The position numbers were made by a program, and so were the translations under genes. 64,000 nucleotides of DNA, from assembly GCA_029960955.1 (NCBI GenBank), contig JASBVS010000005.1:53200-117199 (forward strand). Reading direction: 5' to 3'. The DNA is from Bacillota bacterium (lineage in GTDB: Bacteria; Bacillota; Sulfobacillia; JAIMAT01). The notes under the pieces are model-generated. The model was given only the letters and a program-made list of their open reading frames with translations. It did not search any database and had not been told where the DNA came from. Within the stretch, counting starts at the first letter, position 1. Each line of letters opens with the position of its first letter. Below, piece after piece: positions 62,560 through 64,000 of the stretch.

Positions 62560-64000
62560 TCAGCGCGCTCCGCCCAGATGGCGCTCGAACCACTCCCGGA
62601 TGGCGCGCAACCGGTGCACCCGGTGCCAGGGGCGGCCCTGCCGGCTGAGCCCGTGGCTTTCGCCCGGGTACTGGAACATCTCGCTCTCCACGCCCTGCAC
62701 CTGCAGCGAGGCGTACAGCTGCTGTCCCTGCTCCAGCGGGCAGCGGTAGTCCTCCTCGCTGTGGAGGACCAGCGTGGGCGTCCGCATGCGCCCGGCGTAG
62801 GTGATGGGCGACTGCGCCTCGTACCGCTCCGGCGCCTCCCAGGGCTTCCCGCCGAAGACCTCGTCCCAGAGAAAGCCCGCGTCGGAGGTGCCGAAGAAGC
62901 TTTGCATGTTGTTCAGCGCCCGCATCGAGACCGCCGCGCGGAAGCGGTCGCTGTGCCCGATCACCCAGCTGGTCATGAAGCCGCCGTAGCTGCCGCCGGC
63001 GATGCCGAGCCGCTCCGGGTCGATCCAGGGATAGCGCTCCAGCGCCGCGTCGACCAGGGCCGTCACGTCGGCGAAGTCGTGCTCGCCCCAGCGGCCGCGG
63101 ATGTCGGCGGTGAAGCTCTCGCCGTAGCCCTGGCTGCCGCGCGGGTTGGTGTAGAGGACGGCGAAACCGGCGGCCGCCAGCACCTGGAACTCGAAGAAGA
63201 AGGCGCCGGTGTACATCATCTGCGGGCCGCCGTGCACCTCGACCACGGCCGGGTAGCGTTCGCCCTCCCGCCAGCCCAGCGGGCGGATCAGCCAGCCGTC
63301 CAGCTCCGGCCCCTCCGGCGAGCGGAAGGTGAAGCGCTCCGGCAGCACGGTCGCCCGCCGCTCGAAGAGCCGGCTCGAGCTGTGCGTCCGCCGCCGCAGC
63401 GGCAGGCCGCCCCCCGCCCGCCCGGGCGGCTCCAGCAGCCCCGCCAGCGCCTCCGCCGCCCGCCCCGCCGCCAGGGGCCGGAGCTCGCGCAGGTCGGCGA
63501 CGTAGATGTCGCCGGGGTTCTCCGCCGTCGCCACCGAGAGCGCCAGGCGCCCGCTGGCCGGGTCGAAGCTCCCGTCGAAGGCGACCAGGTCGCCCGTGGT
63601 CAGCCGCTCCACCGTCGCCCCCGCTCCCCTCTCCAGCGCGCCGGCCACGTCGACGCGGAAGAGGTGGGTCGTGCCGTTGGCGGAGGCGAGGAGGAGCACC
63701 TGCCGCCCGTCCGCCGTCCAGCTCGGCAGGAAGCCCTCGCCGCCGAAGCGCATGTCGGCCAGCGAGGCGTCCTCCAGCGAGCGCGCGAACTCGCGCGTCA
63801 GCGAGCGGCGCGCCGCCTCGTCCGGCGCGCCGCGGCGGAGCGCCTCCAGGTCGACCAGGCAGAGCTGGATGTCCGTGTACCAGCCCCGCTCCCGCTCGTG
63901 GCCCAGGTAGGCGAGGTAGCGCCCGTCCGGCGAGAAGGCCGGGCGGGCGCAGACGCCGCGGGAGGGGGTCAGCTTCCTCGGCTCGCCCCGCCCGTCCGCG
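62560..64000 (-). CDS. S9-family serine peptidase, paralog of 30140..32212; N-terminus beyond the window end
   Basis: GGSYGGFMT nucleophile elbow, HSEEDYRCP and ESHGL. The frame stays open from 63753 to nt 64000 with propeller-like sequence (FSPDGRYLAYLG), so the gene continues past the window. Confidence 0.9.
   Translation of the reverse strand, partial: ADGRGEPRKLTPSRGVCARPAFSPDGRYLAYLGHERERGWYTDIQLCLVDLEALRRGAPDEAARRSLTREFARSLEDASLADMRFGGEGFLPSWTADGRQVLLLASANGTTHLFRVDVAGALERGAGATVERLTTGDLVAFDGSFDPASGRLALSVATAENPGDIYVADLRELRPLAAGRAAEALAGLLEPPGRAGGGLPLRRRTHSSSRLFERRATVLPERFTFRSPEGPELDGWLIRPLGWREGERYPAVVEVHGGPQMMYTGAFFFEFQVLAAAGFAVLYTNPRGSQGYGESFTADIRGRWGEHDFADVTALVDAALERYPWIDPERLGIAGGSYGGFMTSWVIGHSDRFRAAVSMRALNNMQSFFGTSDAGFLWDEVFGGKPWEAPERYEAQSPITYAGRMRTPTLVLHSEEDYRCPLEQGQQLYASLQVQGVESEMFQYPGESHGLSRQGRPWHRVHRLRAIREWFERHLGGAR

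Overview
The window is very G+C-rich (individual 60-nt lines I hand-counted range from about 57% to 80%) and densely coding on both strands. I found no rRNA, tRNA, CRISPR array, transposase or integrase. Gene content points to a high-GC, endospore-forming Bacillota-type organism. This is an inference from CotF-like, GerM-like and YngK/DUF4015-like genes, a T-box leader and a Bacillus-style lcfA-fadR-fadN-fadA-fadE arrangement.

Most genes are housekeeping or metabolic:
- Central and lipid metabolism: acs, asnB, glxK, ispH, plsX, moaA and a complete beta-oxidation cluster.
- Peptidases and repair: pepF, two S9 peptidases, ogt and mpg.
- Transport and other: cstA, a trpP-type transporter, an ABC-2 exporter and a VapBC-type toxin-antitoxin pair.

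Because of the G+C content, the six-frame track is full of long Arg/Pro/Gly/Ala-rich shadow ORFs. I called only frames with recognisable family motifs or good RBS and operon context. Many starts were trimmed relative to the longest ORF.

The best candidate for an undescribed system lies at about 17.3-23.0 kb. It is two convergent operons built around a tandem pair of divergent ArsA/Get3-type ATPases. Each arm carries one copy of a conserved ~100-aa protein of unknown function. Three further hypothetical proteins and a GerM-like lipoprotein complete the locus, and no arsenic-resistance genes are present.

Other notable items:
- A Trp-specific T-box leader (UGG specifier) in front of trpP.
- A perfect 20-bp TGAATGA-type palindrome, likely the FadR operator.
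- An orphan groES in a grx-groES-hit operon.
- An in-frame ~50-codon insertion with a locally AT-rich patch inside mpg.
- A polytopic membrane protein with an internally repeated His/GW...YG motif.
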